Shown: positions 27,154-35,495 of the stretch, one piece after another
Position numbering within the stretch: position 1 is the stretch's first letter
Layout of the letters: every line of letters begins with the position of its first letter
Origin: a virus
Taxonomy: Duplodnaviria > Caudoviricetes
Virus record (IMG/VR): IMGVR_UViG_3300049049_000213
Coordinates: 1-40,095 of that record
DNA length: 40,095 nt
Strand: one strand, 5' to 3'
The notes under the pieces: model-generated
Databases searched by the model: none
What the model was told of the DNA's origin: nothing
The model's input: the letters and a program-made list of their open reading frames with translations, nothing else
Made by a program: the position numbers and the translations under genes

Positions 27154-27395
27154 CACCAGCGCCCCTTCTCGACGCGGTTGAGGTTCCAGATGCAGACGAC
27201 GACCGTTGCGACTCCGCACCACACCGACACGGCAGCCAGGCTCACGGGGTAATGCCGGAAGGCCCCGGCATCTCCGAGGACCGCGAGGGCCGCCCACGCG
27301 AGAGAGAGTCCCGTCAGCCACCGCCGGTGCCACTGAATCGGCTCACGCATGGGGACCTCCTCCACGTCGGGCTTCGCGTTCTTGCGGTAGGCCAT
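27153..27395 (-). CDS. Two-TM membrane protein
   Basis: MAYRKNAKP followed by two hydrophobic segments. Confidence 0.6.
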   Translation of the reverse strand: MAYRKNAKPDVEEVPMREPIQWHRRWLTGLSLAWAALAVLGDAGAFRHYPVSLAAVSVWCGVATVVVCIWNLNRVEKGRW

Positions 27396-27426
27396 CACCA
27401 CGCCCCCTTGCGCATGCTCTCGCCGG

Positions 27427-27675
27427 TCACTGCCCTGCCCACGACCCGCGCGTGCGTGCTTCGGCCACATGCTGCTGCACCGGCCGCGGCTCCTCTTCGC
27501 ACTCTGTGAGCAGCGCGTGCCGCATCCGGCGCAGCGTCTCGAGGCGCGTCTCCATCGACGCAATCTCAGCCGAGATATCGGCCGCCAGCGACGAGCGCGC
27601 GTCCATCGTCTGGCGGACGCGTTCATCGATCGACATCGCAGCCTGGCTCAGGTTCATCGCATCGTTACGCATCAC
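27427..27675 (-). CDS. Hypothetical coiled-coil protein
   Basis: SD GGAGG; coupled to the initiator gene. Confidence 0.6.
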   Translation of the reverse strand: MMRNDAMNLSQAAMSIDERVRQTMDARSSLAADISAEIASMETRLETLRRMRHALLTECEEEPRPVQQHVAEARTRGSWAGQ

Positions 27676-28670
27676 ATCCTCCGTCCGATCCCGCCGAGCA
27701 TTGCGGCGATGTTGGGCACTTCCTCGGTTCGTTCAGCGCGGTCTCTCGCGACCTTCGCGTCGTGCTCGGACTCTCGACGCTTCGCGAGCTCCATCGCCTT
27801 CGCTTCGCGCTGCTGGGCGCGGCGGGTCTTGGTGCCCGCTGCGGCGTACTTCTCGATTCCCTTCGCGAATGCGCCGAACGGGTACTCGGCCGACTGCATC
27901 CACGAATCCGCGAACGCTCCGGAGAGCGCCACTTCGAGCGCATCGGCCGGGTTCGACTGAGCCGCTGCCCAGCCGGCCACGGCCTCGAGCTGCTCGGCGC
28001 GGTCCCGGTGCGGCGCTGCGGGGTTGCCGGCCACGATGGCGTCGATGGCGCTTTCGGCGAGCCACGCCGATTTCGTCGCGGCCTTGAACCGCTCGCCGAA
28101 CCGAGTTGCGACCAGCCGAACCATGTCCGGCATCGAGGGCGGATTCGGCATGACCAGCCCGAGGCCCCGCGCGCGCGCTTTCTCGTCTGGTCTTTTCTTC
28201 TCTTCTCTTATCTTATCTCCCGGACCAGTGTTGAACGATTCCGGAGACTTAGGCTCATGTTGACGCTCGACTGACGCTCGACTGACGTCAGACTGAGGCA
28301 CGACTGAGGTCGGACTGACGCTCGACTGACGCTCGACTGACGTCTTATTGACGTCGGACTGAGGCGCCTTCGGAGGGGTCTCGTTCGGCCCCTGGTGAGC
28401 GCCGAACGAGGTGAAGACGAGGTGGTCTCCGACCACGACGAGCATGCCGATCCGCATGAGCTCGGAGAGGTCGCCGGGGATGGCGTTGCGCATGCGCCGG
28501 TCGCCGCCGAGAAGGCGGCAGATGCAGTCGACGGGGGTCTCTCCCTCGAGCGGAATGCGGCCGTCGTCGTCAGCGTGACGGAGAATCTCCCACGCGATCG
28601 CGCGGGTGTACGGGTGGCACTTCTGGAGCTTCGCCGACACGCGGCGATGCAGCTTCACCCAGGGCTTCAC
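27672..28670 (-). CDS. Replication initiator (lambda O-like organisation)
   Basis: WVKLHR...ADDDG winged-helix N-terminus, repeat linker, DKIREEK motif. Confidence 0.8.
   Translation of the reverse strand: MKPWVKLHRRVSAKLQKCHPYTRAIAWEILRHADDDGRIPLEGETPVDCICRLLGGDRRMRNAIPGDLSELMRIGMLVVVGDHLVFTSFGAHQGPNETPPKAPQSDVNKTSVERQSSVSPTSVVPQSDVSRASVERQHEPKSPESFNTGPGDKIREEKKRPDEKARARGLGLVMPNPPSMPDMVRLVATRFGERFKAATKSAWLAESAIDAIVAGNPAAPHRDRAEQLEAVAGWAAAQSNPADALEVALSGAFADSWMQSAEYPFGAFAKGIEKYAAAGTKTRRAQQREAKAMELAKRRESEHDAKVARDRAERTEEVPNIAAMLGGIGRRM
28190..28370. repeat. Replication origin: ten 11-bp iterons TGAC/GGNNNGAC (28261-28370) plus AT-rich pyrimidine tract
   Basis: tgacgctcgac x4 plus variants in exact 11-bp phase; tcttttcttctcttctcttatcttatc nearby. 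Confidence 0.82.
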
Positions 28671-29269
28671 AGTTCAGCCCTCTTCTTCGAGCAGTCGAAG
28701 CACACCCCGGGGCGCCACGAACTCTCGAGGTGCACGCAGGCGCAGTCCCCGCAGAACCCAATGGGCCCGAGGTGGCAATCGCCGTCCACGTAGGTGGAGA
28801 GCGTCTCAATCTCCAGGTTCGTGAGCCGGAACCATTCCCCGTGAACTCGGCGCGACGTCAGAGCCAAGTGCAGTTCGCGTTCAGCGGCGGGAGATCCGGG
28901 GCTGACGCGAGCGACGTAGAGGCGGTGGGGGCAGCCGGTCTGGAGCGACGCGATGCGCGCAGACGCCTCGCCGGTCGTGTGTCCGATCTTGACCAGCATC
29001 CTCCCTGCCGCGTCCTGGGAGCCTTCTGCGACTGCGAAGTAGACAACCCCCTCTGCCCCGACGGGCAGGCAGCGGAACTCCGGCGCGCCTGCCCATGCAC
29101 AGTCAACGACGGCGTCAGTGACGTGAGCCGTGTAGTTGAGGATCGCCCCGATGCGCTCTCCGACAGGCAGAGACGCGATCGCATCAATGGTGTCCTGCCA
29201 AATCGGGTTCTTCGACGTGCGCCAGTAGGGCTCGGTTGCGGTCTCGGGCTTCGTGCTATCGTTGGTCAT
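28667..29269 (-). CDS. GIY-YIG family T5orf172/MUG113-like protein
   Basis: VYFA...VKIGHT...RIASLQTG.P...E.ELH...GEWF. Confidence 0.85.
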   Translation of the reverse strand: MTNDSTKPETATEPYWRTSKNPIWQDTIDAIASLPVGERIGAILNYTAHVTDAVVDCAWAGAPEFRCLPVGAEGVVYFAVAEGSQDAAGRMLVKIGHTTGEASARIASLQTGCPHRLYVARVSPGSPAAERELHLALTSRRVHGEWFRLTNLEIETLSTYVDGDCHLGPIGFCGDCACVHLESSWRPGVCFDCSKKRAEL

Positions 29270-29811
29270 CGGGACGATTCCTCCGTTCCGGTCAGACCCC
29301 CGGGCGCGCCAACGCCGCGGGGGTTTCGATTTTCAGCGGACCCCTTGCGCTGCTCGGAGTCGTGCTCAGGCATGCTCGTGTGCCCGTCTCGGAGAGCCGC
29401 CATTGCCTGCTCGTGCGACTGACCGCGTCGGCGTCGCGTCTCGTACGCGCTCCACGACACGCCAGCGGCGACGACGGCGGCACGCAGCGGGGACGGCGTC
29501 GAGCCGCCACCGCCGATCGGCTGGCCGCGGCCAGCGCGGAACTCGGCCATGCCGGTGCACGCCTCTCGAGCGCCGGCCCACGTGGAGAGCATCCCGCAGC
29601 GCCAGCAGCGCTTGGCGTCGCCCTCTGCGTGCCACTCGTGCACACGCGTTCCCTTGTGGATGCCGCTCACGACTTGCCTCCACGCTTGCGGCGCACCACG
29701 ACGCCAAGGTCTCGCTCGCATGCACCGCACGCACATCGAGCGCAGGCAGCGCCTGCACTGCTGCACGCCGCAGCCGGCGCAGTCGGCGGGCCCACGGGGA
29801 CAGCCGGTCAT
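29266..29811 (-). CDS. Cys-rich hypothetical protein
   Basis: Multiple CxxC motifs; ATGA overlaps at both ends. Confidence 0.5.
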   Translation of the reverse strand: MTGCPRGPADCAGCGVQQCRRCLRSMCVRCMRARPWRRGAPQAWRQVVSGIHKGTRVHEWHAEGDAKRCWRCGMLSTWAGAREACTGMAEFRAGRGQPIGGGGSTPSPLRAAVVAAGVSWSAYETRRRRGQSHEQAMAALRDGHTSMPEHDSEQRKGSAENRNPRGVGAPGGLTGTEESSR

Positions 29812-30632
29812 CGCGGATAGCCGTCCTTCCCGCGGAGGCTGGGATCAGGCCGATTCGCGATGGCCGCGCGCGCTCGCTGATTGAACGGGTGGTTCGGCCC
29901 CGGCTTGCGCCGAGCACGAGGGGCCGCGCCGGCCTGCGTTGGCGTCGGAAGGGGGGAGGCGACGTCCGGTTCGCAGGCCGGCGCGGTCTTATATCTCTCG
30001 CCGGTTGCGACGCGGCGGACCGTCGTCTTCGCGATTCCGGTCTGCCGCGAGATGCTTGCGTATGACTCGCCCGAGGCGGCTCTATGCCGCACGTCGGCTA
30101 CCTCATCGTCAGAGAGGGCCCGCGCGCCGTCCCGGACGCCCCAGCGACGTTCGCTCGTGATGGCGGGAGCGCCGAGGTACGACCAGGTCCGCCCGCGCAC
30201 CGCGAGGCTCGTGGCGGTGAGCGACACGCCGAGCTCTCGAGCGACAGCGCTTCGTGATTTGCCACTGGCCACCTCTGCGCGCGCCCACTCGACCTGCTCG
30301 GTCGTGAGCTTGGTCAGTGGGTGCCTCGCGCCGCGCGCTTCTCGGCCCTTCGCGGTCCGGTCCGCCATGTTGTCGAGGTGCGTGCCGAGGAACAGATGCG
30401 ACGGGTTCACACACCCCGGCACGTCGCATCGGTGACAGACGAACATCCCATCGGGGATGGCTCCGAGCGCGCGCTCGTACGCGACACGGTGGGCCTGATA
30501 TCGCTGCCCTTTGATCGTGTACCGGCCGTAACCGCGGTCGTTCACCTCCCCGTGCCAAAGCCAGCATCCAGAGAGCGCTTCGGGGCAGCATCGCGACCAG
30601 AAGTGATCGCTCCAATCGGGCGCGAACGTCAT
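29808..30632 (-). CDS. HNH endonuclease with two C-terminal HTH domains
   Basis: CWLW...GYG...AHR...CHRCD...CVNPSHL...N.D; two LT/S.E..A...SG.S..ARE.G.S repeats. Confidence 0.9.
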   Translation of the reverse strand: MTFAPDWSDHFWSRCCPEALSGCWLWHGEVNDRGYGRYTIKGQRYQAHRVAYERALGAIPDGMFVCHRCDVPGCVNPSHLFLGTHLDNMADRTAKGREARGARHPLTKLTTEQVEWARAEVASGKSRSAVARELGVSLTATSLAVRGRTWSYLGAPAITSERRWGVRDGARALSDDEVADVRHRAASGESYASISRQTGIAKTTVRRVATGERYKTAPACEPDVASPLPTPTQAGAAPRARRKPGPNHPFNQRARAAIANRPDPSLRGKDGYPR

Positions 30633-30883
30633 CGACGCCTCCGGCTTGCAGATGCCCGCGCCGGCACACGCTCAGCAGCGGGGGCGACCGGCACAGCGGC
30701 CGGCGCGGGCTCGGTGGAATGGCGCTCCCCCGTGGGGGGCCAGAGCAAGCGCGAACGCAGCGCCTCCTCGAGATAGGCGCGCGCGACGTGCGAGCGGCTC
30801 ACGCCGAGGCCGCGGGCGACGTCGTCGAGCACGTCGACCATCGCGGCGTCGAGCTGGAAGACAGTCGGCAGGAGGCGCGTCAT
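30629..30883 (-). CDS. Ribbon-helix-helix (CopG-like) protein
   Basis: TVFQLD...LDDVARGLGVSRSHVARAYLEEAL. Confidence 0.75.
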   Translation of the reverse strand: MTRLLPTVFQLDAAMVDVLDDVARGLGVSRSHVARAYLEEALRSRLLWPPTGERHSTEPAPAAVPVAPAAERVPARASASRRRR

Positions 30884-31146
30884 TCGACGACTCCGCTCAT
30901 CTGCGCGAGACGCGCGGCGGCGCTGAGCACGAGACTCTCGCGCTTGCCTCCAAGGCCACGCATCGCCGAGAGCCGCATGCCGCCCGTCGGGGCGTGCTCG
31001 AAGGCGAGGCGAATCAGCACGGCGTCGGGGTGGTGCGCCAGCGCCGAGAGCACCTCAGACGCGACGGCCTCGCGCTCTTCGTCGGAGTCGAGCGCGTGGC
31101 TGGCACGACGCTCGAGCGCGGCGAGGATGGCTTCTCGCAAGCTCAT
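30880..31146 (-). CDS. Hypothetical protein
   Basis: Start MSLREAILAAL; coupled. Confidence 0.65.
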   Translation of the reverse strand: MSLREAILAALERRASHALDSDEEREAVASEVLSALAHHPDAVLIRLAFEHAPTGGMRLSAMRGLGGKRESLVLSAAARLAQMSGVVE

Positions 31147-31231
31147 CGCCGCCCCCGAAGGTCGCGAGCCACGTCGTACAGCGCCCACTCCACCGCGGGC
31201 GACTGCCAGACCAGGTCGAGCAGCCGCGCGA

Positions 31232-31687
31232 TCACGCCGGCACCTCGATGCGCACGGGGCCGCGGACGATGCTGCGCACGATGGCGCTCACGGCGTCGTC
31301 GTCGCTGAGGAAGAGCGCGTCAGCGCAACGCGTGAAGATACTTTGCCGCGCCGCGGAGCCGCTCACGTAGAGCGAGCGCAGGCCGCGGTCGTGGCCGTAT
31401 GAGAACGAGGCGATTGCGTATCCGAACTCGACCCAGGCGCCGCGCGTCGCCGTCTCCGGCGCGAGCAGCAGCACTGCGTCAGCGAGTTCGACCGCCGTGA
31501 GGTCGGTCTCTGCGCAGCGGCGAGCCTCGTGGTCGTCAAGGGACGCGTCGCAGAGGCCGCGCGCGGCGAACTCGCGCATCTGCGCGCACCAGTCGAAGGT
31601 GATGGTGCAGCCGCCAGCGCGGAGAGCCGCGATGACGCGCTCGCAGCGGTCGAGCTCGGCCGAAGAGCCAGCGACGTAGACGCGCAT
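31232..31687 (-). CDS. Nucleoside 2-deoxyribosyltransferase / deoxyribohydrolase-like protein
   Basis: VYVAG...D..AV..ADAVLL...RGAWVEFGYA. Confidence 0.82.
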   Translation of the reverse strand: MRVYVAGSSAELDRCERVIAALRAGGCTITFDWCAQMREFAARGLCDASLDDHEARRCAETDLTAVELADAVLLLAPETATRGAWVEFGYAIASFSYGHDRGLRSLYVSGSAARQSIFTRCADALFLSDDDAVSAIVRSIVRGPVRIEVPA

Positions 31688-32013
31688 CAGCCTTCCTCCG
31701 CGTGGCAGGTCTCACCGAGGCATCCGGCCTCGTTGGCGCTCGCAGCGGCCGGGGCTAGAGGAGGCCGCATGGCGGTGCGTGCCGCGCGCATGAGCCGAAT
31801 CCAGTAGCGCTCGCGGCTCTCCGTCTGCGCACCGAGCCACGCCCCGAATGCGGCGTTCTGCTCGCGCGTCAGCGGGTCAGTGGTGCGACGCTGGCCGGTT
31901 TCATCCATCCAGCGCGCCTGTTGCTCCACCATCCACGGGACGAAGCCAGTCAGCGGCGCCACCCCGGGATCGAGGCCGTGAGCGCGGCAGTACGCCAGCC
32001 AACGCGGGTTCAT
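31687..32013 (-). CDS. Hypothetical protein
   Basis: SD GAGGT; coupled to cro. Confidence 0.65.
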   Translation of the reverse strand: MNPRWLAYCRAHGLDPGVAPLTGFVPWMVEQQARWMDETGQRRTTDPLTREQNAAFGAWLGAQTESRERYWIRLMRAARTAMRPPLAPAAASANEAGCLGETCHAEEG

Positions 32014-32297
32014 CGCGCCACCTCGGCGTCGAGGGGCTTGCGCACTTCGCTGACGTGGTCAGCCGTCGCAGGCGTGGGCGAGTCATCGAGACCGAGCAGC
32101 TCAGCGGCGGAGACGGGGTCCTCGTCTCCCCACAGCTCGCGTGACGCCGCTTCGATGCGCTTCGCGGTGTCGACCTTCGGCGTGAAGCAGCCGCGCTTGA
32201 TGATCTCGTGGATGCGGGCCGGAGCCATCCCGGCCCTCTCGGCGAGACGCGTGATCGCGCCGCGGCCGTGACGGTCCTGCACCTCGGAAAGCCGCAT
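32010..32297 (-). CDS. Cro-like HTH protein
   Basis: ITRLAERAGMAPARIHEII...PKVDTAKRIE; divergent from the repressor. Confidence 0.78.
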   Translation of the reverse strand: MRLSEVQDRHGRGAITRLAERAGMAPARIHEIIKRGCFTPKVDTAKRIEAASRELWGDEDPVSAAELLGLDDSPTPATADHVSEVRKPLDAEVAR

Positions 32298-32303
32298 GCT
32301 GAA

Positions 32304-32373
32304 CAAGTACTGCTTTCAGTACTCCGCCGCAAGCGTAAACGTACGCAACACAGTACCTTGCGGAAATACGTAC
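32304..32373. promoter_or_regulatory. Switch region: operators GTAC-N8-GTAC (32307-32322, 32341-32356) and candidate leftward promoter TTGCGG-N17-TACTTG
   Basis: AT-rich intergenic region; palindromic half-sites with fixed spacing. Confidence 0.65.
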
Positions 32374-32394
32374 CAATGCGACCGTCAGTCGGTC

Positions 32395-32829
32395 ATGGGA
32401 AGCAACGTCGATCCCTCGGGTGGCCGGACGCCGGTGTCTGGCGCGACCATTGGGGAGAGGATCGAGGCCAGGCGCGAAGAGCTTGGCCTTTCCAAGGCGG
32501 AGTTGACCCGGCTGCTCGAGCTCGACCGTTCAGCGACCCTCCACGAGTGGATCGCGGACAAGTACGAGCCCCGCGCGGGTCATTTGCGCCGCCTGGCTAC
32601 GGTGCTGCAAATGACGTTGGAAGAGCTGGTGGGGGTGGCGGAGGGCCAGCGCCCTCCGTTTGAGGCGTGGGGGCAGTTCCTCGAGACTGACGAGGGCAAG
32701 AGCGCGACGCCGCACGAGCTACGCACGCTCGCGGCGATCTTCTGGCCCCCAGGGCGAGAACCCACCGTGTTCGGCTACCAGATGCACCTCGCCGCCTTGC
32801 GAAGCGGCACGAAGGTACGTGGTACCTAG
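32395..32829 (+). CDS. CI-like XRE repressor without S24 peptidase domain
   Basis: IGERIEARREELGLSKAELTRLL...EW...YEP...LA.VL..TLEEL. Confidence 0.88.
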   Translation: MGSNVDPSGGRTPVSGATIGERIEARREELGLSKAELTRLLELDRSATLHEWIADKYEPRAGHLRRLATVLQMTLEELVGVAEGQRPPFEAWGQFLETDEGKSATPHELRTLAAIFWPPGREPTVFGYQMHLAALRSGTKVRGT

Positions 32830-33188
32830 CCCTCGCCGCGGCAAATCCGCTCGCGCTCGCGCACGTAGTCTTCCGCCTCTTCGCGAGTGCGGAAGTGGTA
32901 CGCGCCGACGCGCCAGCGGTCGCCATCGCGCCGGATGACGAGGCCGCTCAGCCGCTCCGACACGGGCGGCAGCGGCTCCCTCGCGGCCGGCCTCTTGGGC
33001 CGCGGCTGAGGTACTTCGACGCGTACCCGTGGCGGTTCCGAGTCGCGCCGCGGCTCCACGCCCTCTTCTGGCTGCCTCGGCCAGTTGAGCAAGGCGATCG
33101 CCGCGAAGTCAGCGAGCAGGGGCAAAAGCCTCTTCAAAGCTGAGAAAACCAGCAACGCCGCGAGCACGGCGAAGAACACCTCGCACAT
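32826..33188 (-). CDS. Membrane-anchored protein convergent on the repressor
   Basis: MCEVFFAVLAALLVFSAL TM segment, Pro-rich linker, small C-terminal domain. Confidence 0.6.
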   Translation of the reverse strand: MCEVFFAVLAALLVFSALKRLLPLLADFAAIALLNWPRQPEEGVEPRRDSEPPRVRVEVPQPRPKRPAAREPLPPVSERLSGLVIRRDGDRWRVGAYHFRTREEAEDYVRERERICRGEG

Positions 33189-33217
33189 GCGTCGAGGGTG
33201 CCACGTCGATTTTTCTC

Positions 33218-33255
33218 TGGACAGGTACGGAAAGGAGTAGTACTCATAACCGTAC
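33218..33255 (+). promoter_or_regulatory. Candidate early promoter TGGACA-N17-TACTCA with operators at 33225-33240 and 33240-33255
   Basis: GTACGGAAAGGAGTAG matches minus-strand GTACTGAAAGCAGTAC (32307-32322) at 13/16. Confidence 0.6.
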
Positions 33256-33271
33256 TGCGGAGGTGATGACG

Positions 33272-33514
33272 ATGCTCCCGAGTGCGCCTGCGACGGTTCC
33301 ACTGCGACGCCGGAACTTCCCGCTGAAGAACAAGCAGCCGGCCTATCTGCGCCTGCTTTGCGACGCCGCGACGCACCCCGAGGCGCCCGCGAAGCACCGC
33401 GCTCAGCTGGAGATGTTCGCTCGCGAGGAAGCGCGGCGGTGCCAGGTCATCGACGCTGAGATCGTCGAGACGGCGCAGCTCACCGCGACGTGCGGCGCGG
33501 AGGGAGCGCTGTGA
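33272..33514 (+). CDS. Hypothetical first early protein
   Basis: SD GGAGGT. Confidence 0.65.
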   Translation: MLPSAPATVPLRRRNFPLKNKQPAYLRLLCDAATHPEAPAKHRAQLEMFAREEARRCQVIDAEIVETAQLTATCGAEGAL

Positions 33515-33756
33515 GCGACGGCCATCGTTGGGTGATCGACGCGAGCATGTCCGACCCGTCGAAGGACTGGTGGTGCTTCGTGCCTTTCGAGGACGACGCG
33601 ATCATTTTCGGCATGTCGGTCCTCAGCGGCGACCCGCCCGGACTCGTCATTGCGGTCGTGCACGAGGGCGGCCAGGACGCCTGCGACGCGTTCTGTCGGG
33701 AGCACAGCGAGGCTGTCGAGCGCGTCATTTCGCGTAGTCGAGAGGTGCAGCCGTGA
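33511..33756 (+). CDS. Hypothetical protein
   Basis: GTGA coupling at both ends. Confidence 0.6.
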   Translation: MSDGHRWVIDASMSDPSKDWWCFVPFEDDAIIFGMSVLSGDPPGLVIAVVHEGGQDACDAFCREHSEAVERVISRSREVQP

Positions 33757-34304
33757 ACGCTCTACCGCATCACGCCGCCCTCGCTCCCGCAGCGCAGTGG
33801 CAGACGCTCGGCCTCTCTCCCGAGCTGGCGCTGCTCGTGAAGCGCATCACGCAGCTGTGGTCGGAGGCTGGTCTTTCCGGCGACCTCGCCGAGTGCGTCC
33901 GCAACGCGCTCTGCGTCGTGCAAATGCTGCCCGCGTCGGCAAGTCGCGACAGCGACGACGACGCCATCACGGGCGTGTTCGCGGATGCACTGCTGCATCG
34001 GCGCCGCGAGCCCGGCTTCGAGCGCGTGAGCGAGTACACCGCGCCGTTCCTCGGACAGCAGGCGATGTTCTTGTGGCGCAAGCACGAGGAGGACTGCCTC
34101 CGCGTCGAGGAGACCGGCCGCTATCAGCGGCTCACGTGCTCGACGATGCCCGCGCCGCCGGCCGCCGAGGATGCCTGCGAGTGCTGCGGGCTCACCGGCT
34201 GCGACGGCGAGTGCCACGACGACGACGCGCCGAGTGCGGCTGAGCTGCTTGAGCACGACCGTCGCGAGTACGCGCGCATGGTGTCGCGCGGAGGGGAGTG
34301 GTGA
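33753..34304 (+). CDS. Hypothetical protein with CECCG...C...C cluster
   Basis: Coupled; SD GAGGT. Confidence 0.65.
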   Translation: MNALPHHAALAPAAQWQTLGLSPELALLVKRITQLWSEAGLSGDLAECVRNALCVVQMLPASASRDSDDDAITGVFADALLHRRREPGFERVSEYTAPFLGQQAMFLWRKHEEDCLRVEETGRYQRLTCSTMPAPPAAEDACECCGLTGCDGECHDDDAPSAAELLEHDRREYARMVSRGGEW

Positions 34305-34495
34305 TGACTGGCAACCCCGCCCACGAGCGACAGGACGCTTGGCGCGCAGGCTATGCCGCGGCCCTCGACGAGGTAGAGAGCGTCGTCCTGCGTCACGAGG
34401 AGCGTCATCGCGGACGCTTCGCCGAGGTGGCGCATCGTATCTGGCGTGACCTGCGCGACTTGCGCCGACTGCGGATTCCGGAGGTGAAGCCGTGA
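34304..34495 (+). CDS. Hypothetical protein
   Basis: Coupled. Confidence 0.6.
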   Translation: MTGNPAHERQDAWRAGYAAALDEVESVVLRHEERHRGRFAEVAHRIWRDLRDLRRLRIPEVKP

Positions 34496-34743
34496 TCGCC
34501 TATGCCGATTTCAGCCTCGACGCGCCTCGCTCGCTCGAGATGGCCGAGGACCGCATGGGACGGTGGGCGTCGCAGCCCGGCTGCTACGTGCACATCGAGC
34601 GACCCAACGGCACGCAGTTCCACGCGACCGCGTACCAGCGCACGCCGGAGCGGCTGCTCAAGGTCTGCACGTCGCCGGGGGACACTCAGGTGCTCGCGCT
34701 CGAAGAACTCGCCCTGCGAGGGTGCCAATCGGGAGCGTGGTGA
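34492..34743 (+). CDS. Hypothetical protein
   Basis: SD GGAGGT; coupled. Confidence 0.6.
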   Translation: MIAYADFSLDAPRSLEMAEDRMGRWASQPGCYVHIERPNGTQFHATAYQRTPERLLKVCTSPGDTQVLALEELALRGCQSGAW

Positions 34744-35495
34744 TGGATGACCTCGCGCTCGATCACGACACGCTGTCCGCGCAGCTCACGGAGCCGACGC
34801 AGGCAGCGCCGCTCGCGGGGTGGCACGCGCGGCGCGCGCTCGGGTTCGGCGCGAGCGATGTGCCGGTGTTGCTGCTCGCCCTCGGGCTCCGCAGCGCCGA
34901 CGCGACCCCGCGGTACATCATCGAGCGCGCAGCCGTCACGAATCGCACGGCTGGCGCCCCACGCATCATCGCAGAGAAGGCTGGACGCGTGGCGCCGCTC
35001 AAAGCTGGCGCGGCGGCAGCGCGTGGCACCGAGCGAGAGCGCGAGCTGCTCGCGGCGTGGCGCACGATGCTCTCGCGCGGCGTGTTCTACGACGAATCGG
35101 CGGAAAGCCTCGTGCTGCCGGACCGACTCACTCACGCGGACGCGATGCTCAAGAGCGCTTGGCCGCTCGTGGACCGCGCGTGCCCTCACCTGACTGCCAC
35201 GCTCGACGCGTGGGGATGGGACGCGCTCGACGCGGAAGTGGTGGTGGAACTCAAGTGCTCGGCGAGCGAGCGCCGGAGTCTGCCGTGGTACTGGCGCGAT
35301 CAGACGATGGCGCAACTCGCAGTGTCAGGCGCCGACTATGCGCTTCTCGTCTGTGGCGAGCACTGGAGCGCTTGGCACGGAAACGACGGCCCGATTCGCG
35401 TGTGGCGAGTCGAGCGAGACGAGGACGCGATCGGAGAAATCCGAGACGCAGTAGAGCGCGGCTGGAAGCGTGTGGAGGAAATCAGATGCCGCTGA
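34743..35495 (+). CDS. YqaJ/lambda-exonuclease-like nuclease
   Basis: WH..R..GFGASD, RGT.RE, ATLD, VELKC, Q..AQL.V. Confidence 0.85.
   Translation: MDDLALDHDTLSAQLTEPTQAAPLAGWHARRALGFGASDVPVLLLALGLRSADATPRYIIERAAVTNRTAGAPRIIAEKAGRVAPLKAGAAAARGTERERELLAAWRTMLSRGVFYDESAESLVLPDRLTHADAMLKSAWPLVDRACPHLTATLDAWGWDALDAEVVVELKCSASERRSLPWYWRDQTMAQLAVSGADYALLVCGEHWSAWHGNDGPIRVWRVERDEDAIGEIRDAVERGWKRVEEIRCR

Noticed and set aside
28261-28370. CRISPR array or VNTR
   Set aside because: Contiguous 11-mers without spacers inside the initiator gene; they fit iterons.
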